A model generated the notes under the pieces. That model saw only the letters and a list, made by a program, of their open reading frames with translations. It searched no databases and was not told the origin of the DNA. Made by a program: the position numbers and the translations under genes. From Candidatus Caldarchaeum sp. (GTDB lineage: Archaea > Thermoproteota > Nitrososphaeria_A > Caldarchaeales > Caldarchaeaceae), in contig JAVZZH010000001.1 in NCBI GenBank assembly GCA_038885755.1, positions 96,001 to 160,000 on the forward strand: a stretch of 64,000 bases of DNA, read 5' to 3'. This document shows, one piece after another, positions 9,311 to 19,204 of this stretch. How positions within the stretch are numbered: position 1 is the stretch's first letter; every line of letters begins with the position of its first letter.

Positions 9311-9524
9311 GCTCCTTCCTGTCGGGCACGTAGATGTTCACGATCCTGCTGACGGAGCCGCCGCATTTAGGGCATTTCTCCGAGTTGACTACCTTGAAGA
9401 CGTAGTCCTCCTCCCTGAAAGGCCTCGAGTTCTCTGTGCCGCACGTCGAGCACTTGAGGAAGGTGAGGGGCTGTGGGTATTTCTCACGCTGCCTCGGGCC
9501 GAAAACCAGCGCCGGCTCGGACAT
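9303..9524 (-). CDS. Small zinc-ribbon protein
   Basis: CSTC...RPFREEDYVFK...CPKC; starts directly after the DUF1512 stop codon. Confidence 0.75.
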   Translation of the reverse strand: MSEPALVFGPRQREKYPQPLTFLKCSTCGTENSRPFREEDYVFKVVNSEKCPKCGGSVSRIVNIYVPDRKEPK

Positions 9525-10670
9525 TCAGCCTCCAACCCCCACCGTGTTCCCTATCCCGGCGACCACAGCGATCTCACCGCCCTCAACCTTCTCGAGAATA
9601 AGCTTCTTGACACGGGCCAGGACAACGTCTGCAGCCTTCGCTATCGACTCCTTCATCGGCGTGATGGCCTCCGTGATCGACTCAAACACCACGAATGCGT
9701 AGAGCGGTATGTTCCTGCTCTTAGCCAGCTCCTCTATCTTGTATTTGTCGACGCCGGGTCCGCCGATCGCGACACCAACCCCTTCGGCGACCTTGCCGCT
9801 CTCCTCTCCCTCGAGCTTGAGGGCCGCGTCGATTGTTATGATGATCTTCGGGTTGCTGGGAAGCTTCTCTACAAGCTGCTTCACAGCTTCACCCGGCCTG
9901 CCTACGGTTCCCCCCGGTCCGGCTGCCCTGATAACGTAAACCTTCCTGCCCTCCAGCTCAATCTCCTGAACGATGGTGTCCTTGGCTATCTCGTACCTTG
10001 TCTTCTCAAGCCCGTCAGCCAGCTTCGCAGCCACCAGCACGCCTACTCCATCGCCGATAGGCTGTCCCTTGCTGAAAGCCACGGCAGCTTGCCTGTAGGA
10101 CTCGGCGATCTCGATGAGCATGGGGATGACCATCTGGATCTGGAGCACCATGTAGATGTTCGAAGTCTTCCTGCCGAGCAAGTAGTAGTGTCTGACGACA
10201 CGGTAAAGCGTGTTTATTCCCCTCAGTATCTCCACGAGGTTTGTGAGCGTCTTGAGCTGGGTCTCGGTGGCGTGAGGCGCTATGGCAGCAACCTCCTTCT
10301 CATAAGTCGTCTCACCCGTCTCCAAAATGTGCTCCAGCTTGAAAACCAAGCCGTACGGGTCCATCGACTCAGGCTGTATGAGGAAGAACTCGCTCAGCCT
10401 CTCCAGCTCTTTGGAGGGGTCTGAGTCTGGCTTTCCAACCCGTTTGATGGTGTCGACGGCGACTTGGTTTATCTCGTCTCTAATCAGCTTTAGTCTCTGC
10501 AGCTTGCGCTCCAAGTCCCTCAGCATGTACGACAGCTGCATCCTCTGCCCGAGCGAGGGGTAAAGGAAGAAGATCATCAGGAAGGCTATCCAGACGAGCG
10601 ACAGTAGGAACGACAGCAGGTTATCGCTTCCTGCAGCGGGGTTGAGCAACGCAACGAAAGACACAGCCAT
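9525..10670 (-). CDS. DUF1512 family membrane-anchored protein
   Basis: N-terminal TM helix; PIGDGVG, GPGGTVGRPG, IDAALKLEGE, GIGNTVGV; located next to map as in other TACK archaea. Confidence 0.85.
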   Translation of the reverse strand: MAVSFVALLNPAAGSDNLLSFLLSLVWIAFLMIFFLYPSLGQRMQLSYMLRDLERKLQRLKLIRDEINQVAVDTIKRVGKPDSDPSKELERLSEFFLIQPESMDPYGLVFKLEHILETGETTYEKEVAAIAPHATETQLKTLTNLVEILRGINTLYRVVRHYYLLGRKTSNIYMVLQIQMVIPMLIEIAESYRQAAVAFSKGQPIGDGVGVLVAAKLADGLEKTRYEIAKDTIVQEIELEGRKVYVIRAAGPGGTVGRPGEAVKQLVEKLPSNPKIIITIDAALKLEGEESGKVAEGVGVAIGGPGVDKYKIEELAKSRNIPLYAFVVFESITEAITPMKESIAKAADVVLARVKKLILEKVEGGEIAVVAGIGNTVGVGG

Positions 10671-10695
10671 TTTTCCAGCAAATAGAAAAAACTGT

Positions 10696-12489
10696 TTATT
10701 TATAAGTTTGCCTAGGTTTCCTATAACTTTTCACGCCAACCTTCACAGCCTTCCTCTGCATCTCCACGACGGCCGAGGCCAGAAGGCTTGATATCTCGTC
10801 TATTCGGCTCAAACAAGTCTTTAAAAGCTCCTTGTAAAGGCTCAAGCTCTTTTCCAAGCTTTCCGACAGCCCGGCCTCGCCCCTCTCTATCTTCTCCATG
10901 TAATCCTCGACCATCCTCCGGGTCTCCGGCGAGACGAGGCGGTTGTCGGCGGCTGACAGGGCCTCTATCAGCTTCATTCCAAGCGGCGTGGGACGTAGCT
11001 GTCTCCCGTTCTTCGCGGCATAGTTTCTCTCCACTATGAGCTGTGGGTAGATTGCTCTCGTTGCGTCGGTGCCTATGCCATGCTTCTCCATAAGCCTGAG
11101 AAGCTCGGCCTCCGTCAGCCGCGGCGGCGGCTTCGTCTGGTCCTCGACGAGCTCTGTCTTGATGACCCGTAGGACCTGGCCTTTCTCCAACCGCGGGAGT
11201 GGTTTGTCAGCTGGCTTGAAGTAGCTGAAGTAGGTGTAGAACCCGGGCTTGACGATAGACGAGCCCTCCGCGCTGAAGCCTATCCTGCCAAGCCTCACAA
11301 CGGCTTTCTGCTGAAGCTGGGTAGCGTCCTCGGCGTAGGAGTTGGCGTAAAACCTTCTAGCCACGTATTCCCAGACCTTCATCTTCAAACCGCCTCCCCT
11401 GAATGCTGCAGTAGGATAGATTGGAGGATGCGCCCCGTCGTCCCTGACCCCGTTCCGGGCCCTCGGCTCGGCTGAGCCCGCCACCTCCTTCAAGACTCCC
11501 GACTCCTCGACAGCCCTCTTTGATGCTTCAAAGTCGAAGGAAGGCCTGTACTTGTTTGTGTCGGTTCTCGGGTAGCTGATGTACCCCTCCGAGTAAAGCT
11601 CCTCCATCACGGAAAGCAGCTTGCTGGCGCTCACTCCCGTTATCCTGTTCAACTCCCTCAAGGCGTCGTCGGTCCTGATGGGTAGGGGCCGCTGCAGCGT
11701 CTTCTCGGCCTCGACGTAATCCTCCACGAAACCCTGCTTGAGGCCGGCGACCTCTTGATAGGCCTGCACGGCTTGAGCCTCCTCCCAGAAGACGTCGCTT
11801 GACGCTGTAAAACTGCTGCCTTCACCCGTCTCAAGCACCGCCTTGACGACCCAGTACTTCCTCGGCTTGAAGGACATGATCTCTCGCTCTCTTTCGACGA
11901 CGAAGTTGAGCGTCGGCGTCTGGCACGACCCCCAGCTAACCAGCCTAACTCGGGCCTTTTTCCTAGTCGACTCAGTCAGAAGCCTCGTGAACGCCGCTCC
12001 AGTTATGAGGTCGAAGACCTGCCTGAACCTTGCTTTGTCAACCCACCGCCAGTTGAGGCCATTCTCAAGTTTTCTCAAGCTGGCTAACAGTTCACGTCTC
12101 TCAAGCGAGTTGAACCGCATCCTTAGGCATGAAGCGTCTTCGCCGCGCAGTCTACGATAGACCTTGAGTATTTCAAGCCCTATCAACTCACCCTCCGAAT
12201 CGTTGTCGGTAGCCACCACGAGAACCCCGCCTTCCTTGAAAACCCTGACCAGGTAATCGAAGGTCTTGCCGTCCGAAACCCTGTCCAACACATGCCTCAG
12301 GTCCATTATCTCCAAAGGATGCTTCAACCCCCATTCATAACCCTCAGGCAGGTCGGCCTCCATAAGATGGCCTCTGACGGAGGCGACAGCTGCGTTAACC
12401 CGAGCCGCTTCGACGACGCCTCTGATCGCCTTCGCCACGCTGGCCTTCTCAGCCACGATTATGTATCTTTCAGCGTTCATCCTCCCCAA
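10696..12489 (-). CDS. topA: Type IA DNA topoisomerase (archaeal TopA/Topo III-like), no C-terminal Zn ribbons
   Basis: AEKAS, GHL, ATDNDSEGE Toprim motif, catalytic GYISYPRTD, AHPPIYPT, GIGTDATR. Confidence 0.94.
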   Translation of the reverse strand: MGRMNAERYIIVAEKASVAKAIRGVVEAARVNAAVASVRGHLMEADLPEGYEWGLKHPLEIMDLRHVLDRVSDGKTFDYLVRVFKEGGVLVVATDNDSEGELIGLEILKVYRRLRGEDASCLRMRFNSLERRELLASLRKLENGLNWRWVDKARFRQVFDLITGAAFTRLLTESTRKKARVRLVSWGSCQTPTLNFVVEREREIMSFKPRKYWVVKAVLETGEGSSFTASSDVFWEEAQAVQAYQEVAGLKQGFVEDYVEAEKTLQRPLPIRTDDALRELNRITGVSASKLLSVMEELYSEGYISYPRTDTNKYRPSFDFEASKRAVEESGVLKEVAGSAEPRARNGVRDDGAHPPIYPTAAFRGGGLKMKVWEYVARRFYANSYAEDATQLQQKAVVRLGRIGFSAEGSSIVKPGFYTYFSYFKPADKPLPRLEKGQVLRVIKTELVEDQTKPPPRLTEAELLRLMEKHGIGTDATRAIYPQLIVERNYAAKNGRQLRPTPLGMKLIEALSAADNRLVSPETRRMVEDYMEKIERGEAGLSESLEKSLSLYKELLKTCLSRIDEISSLLASAVVEMQRKAVKVGVKSYRKPRQTYK

Positions 12490-12994
12490 CCATTCCGAGT
12501 AGACGCTTCAAAGCCATGTCCCTCCTGTACTCGCCCAACGTCTGGACGGCCACTATCTTCTTGCCCGTCGGCAGGTCGGCCACGTGAACCACTCCCCGGC
12601 TGTTCAAAAGCTTCTCAGCCTTCTTGACAACGTTGCTGGACAAGGCTGGAGCCGAGATGTACTTGTTGGCGGCAACGCCGGTGATTATAGCCTGTCGGTC
12701 ATCACCCATCTTGACGAACGCGAGCTCCAAGCTATCGACCTCCACCGCCCTGGCAGGCTGCAACTCCTTCGAAGCACTCATGTCCTGCAGCTGGTAAGAA
12801 TCCTCCGTCTTGACGGCGTTTCCTTGAATGGAGGAGCCTACGAACAACCATCCGGGAGGATGCCTCACCTTGACCATGTACTCCTCTCCCGAGACTGTTG
12901 AAACCGTCAAAGTATACGCCACGCCCTCCTTGACAGGCCTCGCAGCTATGTTCGACACATAGCCGACCAGCTGCTTGACACTTGCCCCCGACAT
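12470..12994 (-). CDS. Hypothetical beta-rich protein, possibly tandem OB folds
   Basis: 174-aa ORF with host-like codon usage that overlaps the topA start; alternating hydrophobic beta-strand pattern. Confidence 0.6.
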   Translation of the reverse strand: MSGASVKQLVGYVSNIAARPVKEGVAYTLTVSTVSGEEYMVKVRHPPGWLFVGSSIQGNAVKTEDSYQLQDMSASKELQPARAVEVDSLELAFVKMGDDRQAIITGVAANKYISAPALSSNVVKKAEKLLNSRGVVHVADLPTGKKIVAVQTLGEYRRDMALKRLLGMVGEDER

Positions 12995-13441
12995 CCAGCC
13001 CCCAGAACATCAAACACACGTATTTAGGGCATATCCAGCCCAGCAACCTTCAGCATTCATGTAGATGAAAACCGCGTGCATGCTTTCGGCTCGGCAAAAA
13101 ATGTTTATAAAGGCTGCTGGGCCCCGGTCTGGTTTTAAAGCCACTAGGGAGGGCTGATGGCTCCGATTAAACGTTGCGGGTTTTGGAATCAGAAAGCCGC
13201 GGGAGGATATGAAACTACATCGCTCCGGGTTAGACCTGCTTCGTGCCATGAGAGCTGAGACGCATCCAGCTTCTTACCTGCAGCTGGACGGGATGAACCA
13301 TCCATCGGCCATGCTTCCGCTGAAAGGAGGACGAGGAACAAGACTTCAAGCTGGTCTGGGTAAAGCGCTTCCACTCGTTGGCCGTCGTGACGTGTTTCTT
13401 TCCCTAAAGATAAATAAAGGCTAGCGATTGTTAATTTCTGC

Positions 13442-13515
13442 GCCCCGGTAGCGCAGGCTGGGAGCGCGTCCGGCTGAAGACCGGAGTGTCGGCGGTTCAA
13501 GTCCGCCCCGGGGCA
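13442..13515 (+). tRNA. tRNA-Phe(GAA), intronless
   Basis: Acceptor GCCCCGG/CCGGGGC, anticodon arm TCCGG-CTGAAGA-CCGGA, T arm GGCGG-TTCAAGT-CCGCC. Confidence 0.96.
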
Positions 13516-13751
13516 TGGGATATTGGTTTAGTCGTTTTTCTAATGTTGGGCGTTTACTCATTTTAAAATACGCTGTCATGCATCCGGGACAATATCCAAC
13601 TGCTATGGTCTCCACAGCTGTGTGAGGCTTAGAGAGGCTCCTGTCTTTCACCACATCTCCGCCTGAGCAACGACCAGTGGTTCTCCATTCCTCTCTTGTG
13701 CGTGTGCGACCATTAGGTGCGTTGCCACTATTGACTGGAAGAGGTTTCTGT

Positions 13752-15728
13752 TTACTCGCCTTTGAACTCGGGCTTTCTTTTCGAGAAGAAAGCTGATACG
13801 CCTTCCATGAAGTCTTTGGTGAATATGAGGTCTGCGAAGAGTTTTCTCTCGACGGCCAGCCCCCTGCTGAGTGGGGCTTCTCTGGCTAGGAGGACGGCTT
13901 GCTTTACGGCTGCTACCGCAAGAGGAGGCTGTGAAGCCAGTCTTTCAGCAAGCTTCCTAAGCTCTTCGTCAAACCTCTCCGGCGGGTAGACTCGGTTGAC
14001 CAATCCTATCCGATAGGCTTCCTCGGCTGGTATCCTGTCGCCCAGCAACTCCAGCTCAAGGGCTTTAGCCACGCCGACTAGACGAGGAAGCCTCTGCGTA
14101 CCTCCAGCCCCCGGGAGGAGCCCGAGGTTTATCTCGGGCTGGCCCAGCTCGGACCGCGTCGTGGCGACACGAATGTCGCAGGCCTGAGCCAGCTCAAGCC
14201 CGCCGCCTAAGGCGTAGCCGTCAATCGCCGCGACGACAGGCTTGGGCATCGCCTCTATGATGTTCATCACTTCCTGAAACTCGCGTAGAAACTCTTCGGC
14301 GTCGGCCTTCGTTTTGACGGCTGTGAAAGCCGAGATATCGGCCCCGGCTGAGAACGCTCTGTCGCCTGCTCCCCTGACGACGACAACGCGCACCTCGTTG
14401 TCCTTCCAAGCTTTCAGCAAGGCGTCTGTGAGCTCTTTGATCATGGTGGGAGTGATTGTGTTGAGGCGGTGGGGTCTGTTGAGTATTATCCACGCGACCG
14501 GCGGCCTGCGGTCGTAAAGCACTTCGGTGTATGCTGACGTCTCGGCCGTGGAGTAGGTGTGGAAGCCGGCGCCGGTCTTCTTGCCCAGCCTACCGTTCCT
14601 CACATGCTGCAGAAGCAGCTGGTCAGGCTCGTAGAAGCTGCCGTGGATTCGGGCCAGCTCCTTCAAGGCGTCGACGACTTTATCGAGCCCCAGCTCGTCG
14701 CCATACTCGAGAACGCCCTTAGGCCAGCCCAGCCCGAGCTTTACCGCTGTCTCAACGTCCTCCAGCGAGGCGACGCCGTTGCTCACGAGCCATGAGGCTG
14801 CGTTGATGCTGGGAGCAAGAACTCGAACTAGGTCAACCCGCTCACCGGCCTCTCTCGGAATGTTCGGCCTCTCATACTGCGCGCCGCCGTACTCGTAAAA
14901 CCCTTTGCCCGACTTCTGCCCGAGGCTGCCTTTCTCGTAGAGCTGCTTTATCAGCGGGCATGGCTGGGGCGGGTTGGGAGTCCTCTCGAGGACGGAGGCT
15001 CCGGCTAGGTAAGCGACGTCCAGGCCGACGTAGTCGGCCAGCTCGAAAACCCCCATAGGCAGGCCGGCCCTGTACTTGACAGCAGAGTCTATCTCCAAAA
15101 CAGACGCCTCGTCCCTAGCAACCATCCAGCAGGCGTTCTCTATCAAGGGGATGAGTATTCTGTTGACTATGAAGCCTGGAACGTCTTTCCTGCAGACGAC
15201 AACCGTCTTCCCCATCCTCCTACCGACGTCGATGGACTTCGAAAGCGTCTCTTCGCTTGTTCTGTCTCCCTTTATCACTTCTAGGAGCGGCATGAGAGGC
15301 GGCGGGTTGAAGAAATGCATGCCCACAACCCTTTCGGGATGAGATGCGGCTGAAGCTATCTCCGTTATGGGTAGAGTGCTGGTGTTGGTGGCTAGAATCG
15401 CCGTCGAAGGAGCGGCCTTGCCGAGACGGCTGAATATTTCCTGCTTGAGGCTGAGCTTCTCCGGCACAGCTTCTATGACCAGGTCAGCGTCTGCGACTGC
15501 CGTCTCCAGCTCGAGCGATGTCCTGATGCGGCTGAGAGCCTGCTCGGCTTGCTCACGGCTGATCCTTTTCTTCTCGACAAACTTCTCCAAGCTCCATCTA
15601 ATCTTCTCAACCCCTTTGCGGAGAAGTTCTTCAGAGACGTCGACCATCGTGACTTCAAACCCTGCCAGCGCCGCCACCTCGGCGACGCCGTGGCCCATCA
15701 CACCGGCTCCTACGACAACTATCTTCAA
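13752..15728 (-). CDS. Bifunctional 3-hydroxyacyl-CoA dehydrogenase / enoyl-CoA hydratase
   Basis: GAGVMG, EAVPE, NTST, GMHFFNP, followed by a crotonase domain with AFSAGADI, ALGGGLE, PEINLG. Confidence 0.93.
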   Translation of the reverse strand: MKIVVVGAGVMGHGVAEVAALAGFEVTMVDVSEELLRKGVEKIRWSLEKFVEKKRISREQAEQALSRIRTSLELETAVADADLVIEAVPEKLSLKQEIFSRLGKAAPSTAILATNTSTLPITEIASAASHPERVVGMHFFNPPPLMPLLEVIKGDRTSEETLSKSIDVGRRMGKTVVVCRKDVPGFIVNRILIPLIENACWMVARDEASVLEIDSAVKYRAGLPMGVFELADYVGLDVAYLAGASVLERTPNPPQPCPLIKQLYEKGSLGQKSGKGFYEYGGAQYERPNIPREAGERVDLVRVLAPSINAASWLVSNGVASLEDVETAVKLGLGWPKGVLEYGDELGLDKVVDALKELARIHGSFYEPDQLLLQHVRNGRLGKKTGAGFHTYSTAETSAYTEVLYDRRPPVAWIILNRPHRLNTITPTMIKELTDALLKAWKDNEVRVVVVRGAGDRAFSAGADISAFTAVKTKADAEEFLREFQEVMNIIEAMPKPVVAAIDGYALGGGLELAQACDIRVATTRSELGQPEINLGLLPGAGGTQRLPRLVGVAKALELELLGDRIPAEEAYRIGLVNRVYPPERFDEELRKLAERLASQPPLAVAAVKQAVLLAREAPLSRGLAVERKLFADLIFTKDFMEGVSAFFSKRKPEFKGE

Positions 15729-15783
15729 TCCTCTTCGTCAGGGATGCTATGCGACCTATTTAAAAACATGAGGCGCTTGCCGG

Positions 15784-16074
15784 CTAAGCCTTCACCAGCC
15801 TTTTTTCTACGGCCTCGGCTATCTCGTCAGCGGTTGGAAACCGTCTCTCCTGATGGCGGGAGAACACCTTTTCGTCGTCGACGTAGACATCGAAGGTTCC
15901 GGCGTCCGAGGTGTCAAGCGTAACCGAGAAGTTTTTGTTCAGCCGTTGCCCGTAGCGGCTGAGGAGGTTTTTGGCCAGCTCGATCGCCTGCGGCAGATGG
16001 CCGCATGGCACGCAGTAGACGATTCTAACGTTCACGTTTCTCAGGCTTGACGGAGTGGAATTTAACGATTGCAT
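15784..16074 (-). CDS. Rdx (SelT/SelW/SelH) family protein, Cys form
   Basis: IVYCVPCG, GTFDV, RFP motifs; start codon uncertain. Confidence 0.85.
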   Translation of the reverse strand: MQSLNSTPSSLRNVNVRIVYCVPCGHLPQAIELAKNLLSRYGQRLNKNFSVTLDTSDAGTFDVYVDDEKVFSRHQERRFPTADEIAEAVEKRLVKA

Positions 16075-16127
16075 AGCTACGCCCGGTCATGGATACAGTA
16101 ATCAATAGCCGTTAAGGCTGTCTATGC

Positions 16128-16544
16128 ATGGATTACAGATGGTTTGTGGCGGTCTTGCTGGCTCTCGTGGTCTGGGGTGTTTGGGGTGTAGTCACTAGGG
16201 TTGCTTCCTCGTCCCTGGGATGGAGGGATACGACGGCGATAGCGGCGGTTGGCCATATGTCGGTAGCCATCGCATACATCATCCTCTCCCGGGCGGCTGT
16301 CCTGCCTCAGGGCTCAGCATGGTACATGGCTTTGCTCGCCGGAGCGCTTGGGTTCCTCGGGGCGCTGCTGTTCTACGTAGCACTAGACCTTAACCCTTCG
16401 TCGATAGTGGTTGTCGCGACCTCATTGTACCCTGTCGTGACGATCCTGCTGTCGACGCTTTTTCTGGGAGAGTCGATATCCATCAGGCAGGCTGTCGGAG
16501 TCGTTCTCGCCATAGCTGCTCTAGTCCTGATCTCCAGTAGATAA
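16128..16544 (+). CDS. EamA/DMT small transporter (single EamA repeat)
   Basis: Five hydrophobic segments; WGVW, YPVVTILLS..FLGE. Confidence 0.85.
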   Translation: MDYRWFVAVLLALVVWGVWGVVTRVASSSLGWRDTTAIAAVGHMSVAIAYIILSRAAVLPQGSAWYMALLAGALGFLGALLFYVALDLNPSSIVVVATSLYPVVTILLSTLFLGESISIRQAVGVVLAIAALVLISSR

Positions 16545-17432
16545 CACGAGCTCGACTCCGTTTCCGTCAAAGTCTTCAACCGTCGCTCCCTCAAACCCCG
16601 GCACCCCGCTCACAAGCCCCTCGCGTATAGAGCATCCCTCACCGACCAGCCTGTCGACTAGCCTAGACAGAGCCTCCCTCCTCACCACGTTGATGGCGAA
16701 GCTGCGGAGGCTGGCGTGCTCGTCCGACGGAGGCGGGGCGTCTACACCCGCCCAAGTGTTGACGCCGATGTGGTGATGATACCCGCCTGCGGACATGAAC
16801 AAAGCCGACCCCATTCTGAACACGATGTCGAAGCCCAAGAGCCTGTGGTAGAAGCTTTCAGCCTTCTCAAGCCTCGACACGTGTAGGTGGATGTGGCCCA
16901 GCCTTGCACCCGTCCCGAGCCTCCAAGACTCGTCTAAAGCTTTTCCCGTACCCTCGCCACGTAGCTCGGCAAGCAGAGAGTCTAGGTTCAGCGGAAGCGT
17001 CGCCATTCGGATTCGCCCGTCAGCGGCCCTAGGCCATGCCTCCCGAGGCCTGTCGTGGTAAACCTCTATCCCGTGTCCGTCGGGGTCTCGGAGATAGACA
17101 GCCTCGCTCACCAAGTGGTCTGAAGCGCCTTCCAGCTCCCAGAACTCGCCGAGCCTCACGAACATACGGGCGAGGTCCTTCCTAGAAGGCAGCAGTAGGG
17201 CGAAGTGGTAAAGCCCTCTTCTGTCCGGCGGCTTGGGCATGGTTCCTTTCTTTTCTACGAGAATGACCAGAGTGTTTTTGGGCGGCGTGCCCAGCGCCTG
17301 GCCGCCTTCCCATTCATACAAGCTGGTCAGACCCATCACTTGTTTGTAGAACCTGCTGGACGATTGGAGGGATGAGACGGTGAGCGAGACCCACTGGACA
17401 GTCGTCCGGGGGTCTAGGGACGGGGTTGTCAA
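16521..17432 (-). CDS. VOC family protein (CatE-like catechol 2,3-dioxygenase/glyoxalase)
   Basis: GLYHFALLLP, DHLVSEAVYLRDPDGHGIE, GHIHL, GGYHHH. Confidence 0.88.
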   Translation of the reverse strand: MTTPSLDPRTTVQWVSLTVSSLQSSSRFYKQVMGLTSLYEWEGGQALGTPPKNTLVILVEKKGTMPKPPDRRGLYHFALLLPSRKDLARMFVRLGEFWELEGASDHLVSEAVYLRDPDGHGIEVYHDRPREAWPRAADGRIRMATLPLNLDSLLAELRGEGTGKALDESWRLGTGARLGHIHLHVSRLEKAESFYHRLLGFDIVFRMGSALFMSAGGYHHHIGVNTWAGVDAPPPSDEHASLRSFAINVVRREALSRLVDRLVGEGCSIREGLVSGVPGFEGATVEDFDGNGVELVLSTGDQD

Positions 17433-17519
17433 GGCTTCCCCGCCTGTCTGGGCCCTCGGGGGTATTTATCCTGTGTTCTTGGACGGAGTACGTAGTGTTC
17501 TAGTTTCTGGGTTTAATTT

Positions 17520-18305
17520 GTGGCGTGGATGTTTGCTGGTGTGGTGAAAGGTTTGGACAAACAATACGTGGTTTTGCTGGCTCTATCGGTCGCCCTAGTC
17601 GCTTTGGCAGCCTCGTTCGCAGCAGTCGTTTTGGCTGACGGAGGTTCGGTCAACTTACAGCAGGAGAGGGATGTGTCTGAGGATGTCTTGTCAATCGCGG
17701 GCAGCGCTGAAGCTAGTATAACCCCGGACCAGGCAACTATATTGTTCACGGTTGAGGAGAGGGCTGCCACTCCGTCCGAGGCTCTCGCCCTCGTATCCGC
17801 AGCCTCCCAGAACGTTGTGTCGACGCTTCTCCGTCGAGGCCTCACTCCTGAAGAGGTGAAGACAACCAGTCTCAACGTCTACCCGCAGTACGTCTACAAG
17901 GAGGGAGAGCCGCCGATTATTGCTGGGTACGTAGCCTCATACACAGTCGAGGTTAAGACTAAGAAGATAGCTGAGGCGGGGGCTTTGATCGAGGAGGCGG
18001 TCAAAGCCGGAGCCGACCACGTCAGCGGGGTTTACTTCAGCCTATCCACCGAGAAGTACAGGGAGATTTATAGACAGCTGTTGGGGGCGGCGGTTGCTGA
18101 TGCCCAGATGAAGGCTGACGCGCTTCTCTCTCCGTTGGGGCTCAAGACAACCCGTGTGAAGTCCGTGTCCATTACGGAGTTGACGCCTATTCCTTTCGCT
18201 AGAGCGGCTGAAGCTGCCGGGTCTCCTGAAGGCCCTCCGATAATGCCTGGCACGGCCACGGTCAGAGTCTCGGTCAGCATCGTCTACGCGATAGGGCCTA
18301 GCTAA
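17520..18305 (+). CDS. SIMPL domain (DUF541) protein
   Basis: N-terminal TM or signal segment; GSAEASITPDQA, AVADAQMKA, PIMPG. Confidence 0.88.
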   Translation: MAWMFAGVVKGLDKQYVVLLALSVALVALAASFAAVVLADGGSVNLQQERDVSEDVLSIAGSAEASITPDQATILFTVEERAATPSEALALVSAASQNVVSTLLRRGLTPEEVKTTSLNVYPQYVYKEGEPPIIAGYVASYTVEVKTKKIAEAGALIEEAVKAGADHVSGVYFSLSTEKYREIYRQLLGAAVADAQMKADALLSPLGLKTTRVKSVSITELTPIPFARAAEAAGSPEGPPIMPGTATVRVSVSIVYAIGPS

Positions 18306-18325
18306 ACCATCACCATCTTTTTTTC

Positions 18326-19204
18326 TTGGATTTTCATCCTCCAAAGACGATGGGAAGGCTTCCTTACCTCGTTCAGGGGGCTGCGGCCGGGTTCTTCTTC
18401 GGGACGGCGGCCGTCTTCGTCCGCTACCTCGCTTCCCTAGATGCATTCACCATAGCTTTCGGAAGAGTTTTGATAGCGGGGCTTGTGATGGTCTTCCTAG
18501 GGCTTCTGGCTTACCGGTCCAACTACGTTGACGACGTCTCGAGGAACTGGAGGAGGTATCCTCCGCTGGGATTATTTCTGGGGCTTCACTTCATCTTCTT
18601 CACGCTCGCTGTCCAGAACACATCGGTCGTCAACGCCACAACCCTCGTAAACACAACCCCCGCCATGGCAATGGTCTTAGGCTGGAGCCTCAAACAGATA
18701 AAGCCGTCGACCCTAAACATAGTGGGGTTGTTGATGACTTTCCTAGGCTCTGCATCGATGACCTTCGGCGAGCTCTCCTACAACCCTTCACAGATATACG
18801 GCGACGTCTTCGCCTTGACAGGAGCTCTGGCGTGGGCTGTCTACCTTGTCGTGGGTAAGGGCGTGAGGGAGGGGGGAAACGTGCTGGCTGCAGCGGGCCC
18901 CATCTATCTGTCTGCGGCCGTGGCGACCGGGCTGGCGGCATTGATTGTCGGCGGGCTCAGGCAGCCGGGGGGCGATGAGATACTCCCCCTGCTGGCGCTG
19001 GCGTTCTTCCCCACGGTTCTCGGCCACTCACTCCAGTTCTCCTCGCTCAAAAAACTATACCCGTATGAGGCCTCTGCGCTTGCTCTGCTGGAGCCCGTCG
19101 TCGCCACGCTCCTCGCAGCCGCGGTCCTGAACGAGGTCGTCGAGCCGGCTTTCTACCTCAGCGCGGCGGTGATCATAACAGGGATCTACATGGTTGTCAG
19201 GTAG
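18326..19204 (+). CDS. DMT/EamA family permease (two repeats)
   Basis: About ten TM segments; LLEPVVA motif. Confidence 0.88.
   Translation: MDFHPPKTMGRLPYLVQGAAAGFFFGTAAVFVRYLASLDAFTIAFGRVLIAGLVMVFLGLLAYRSNYVDDVSRNWRRYPPLGLFLGLHFIFFTLAVQNTSVVNATTLVNTTPAMAMVLGWSLKQIKPSTLNIVGLLMTFLGSASMTFGELSYNPSQIYGDVFALTGALAWAVYLVVGKGVREGGNVLAAAGPIYLSAAVATGLAALIVGGLRQPGGDEILPLLALAFFPTVLGHSLQFSSLKKLYPYEASALALLEPVVATLLAAAVLNEVVEPAFYLSAAVIITGIYMVVR

Noticed and set aside
13000-13440. Gene-free gap before tRNA-Phe considered as RNase P RNA, SRP RNA or a fluoride riboswitch
   Set aside because: I found no RNase P P4 signatures, no SRP helix-8 motif and no complete crcB consensus; the short ORFs are unrecognisable.
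13516-13750. Region after tRNA-Phe considered as an integration scar
   Set aside because: There is no recognisable coding remnant and no duplicated tRNA end.
15784-16074. Possible selenoprotein (SelW-like CxxU)
   Set aside because: Both codons of the CVPC motif are TGC and there is no in-frame TGA, so it is a Cys homologue.
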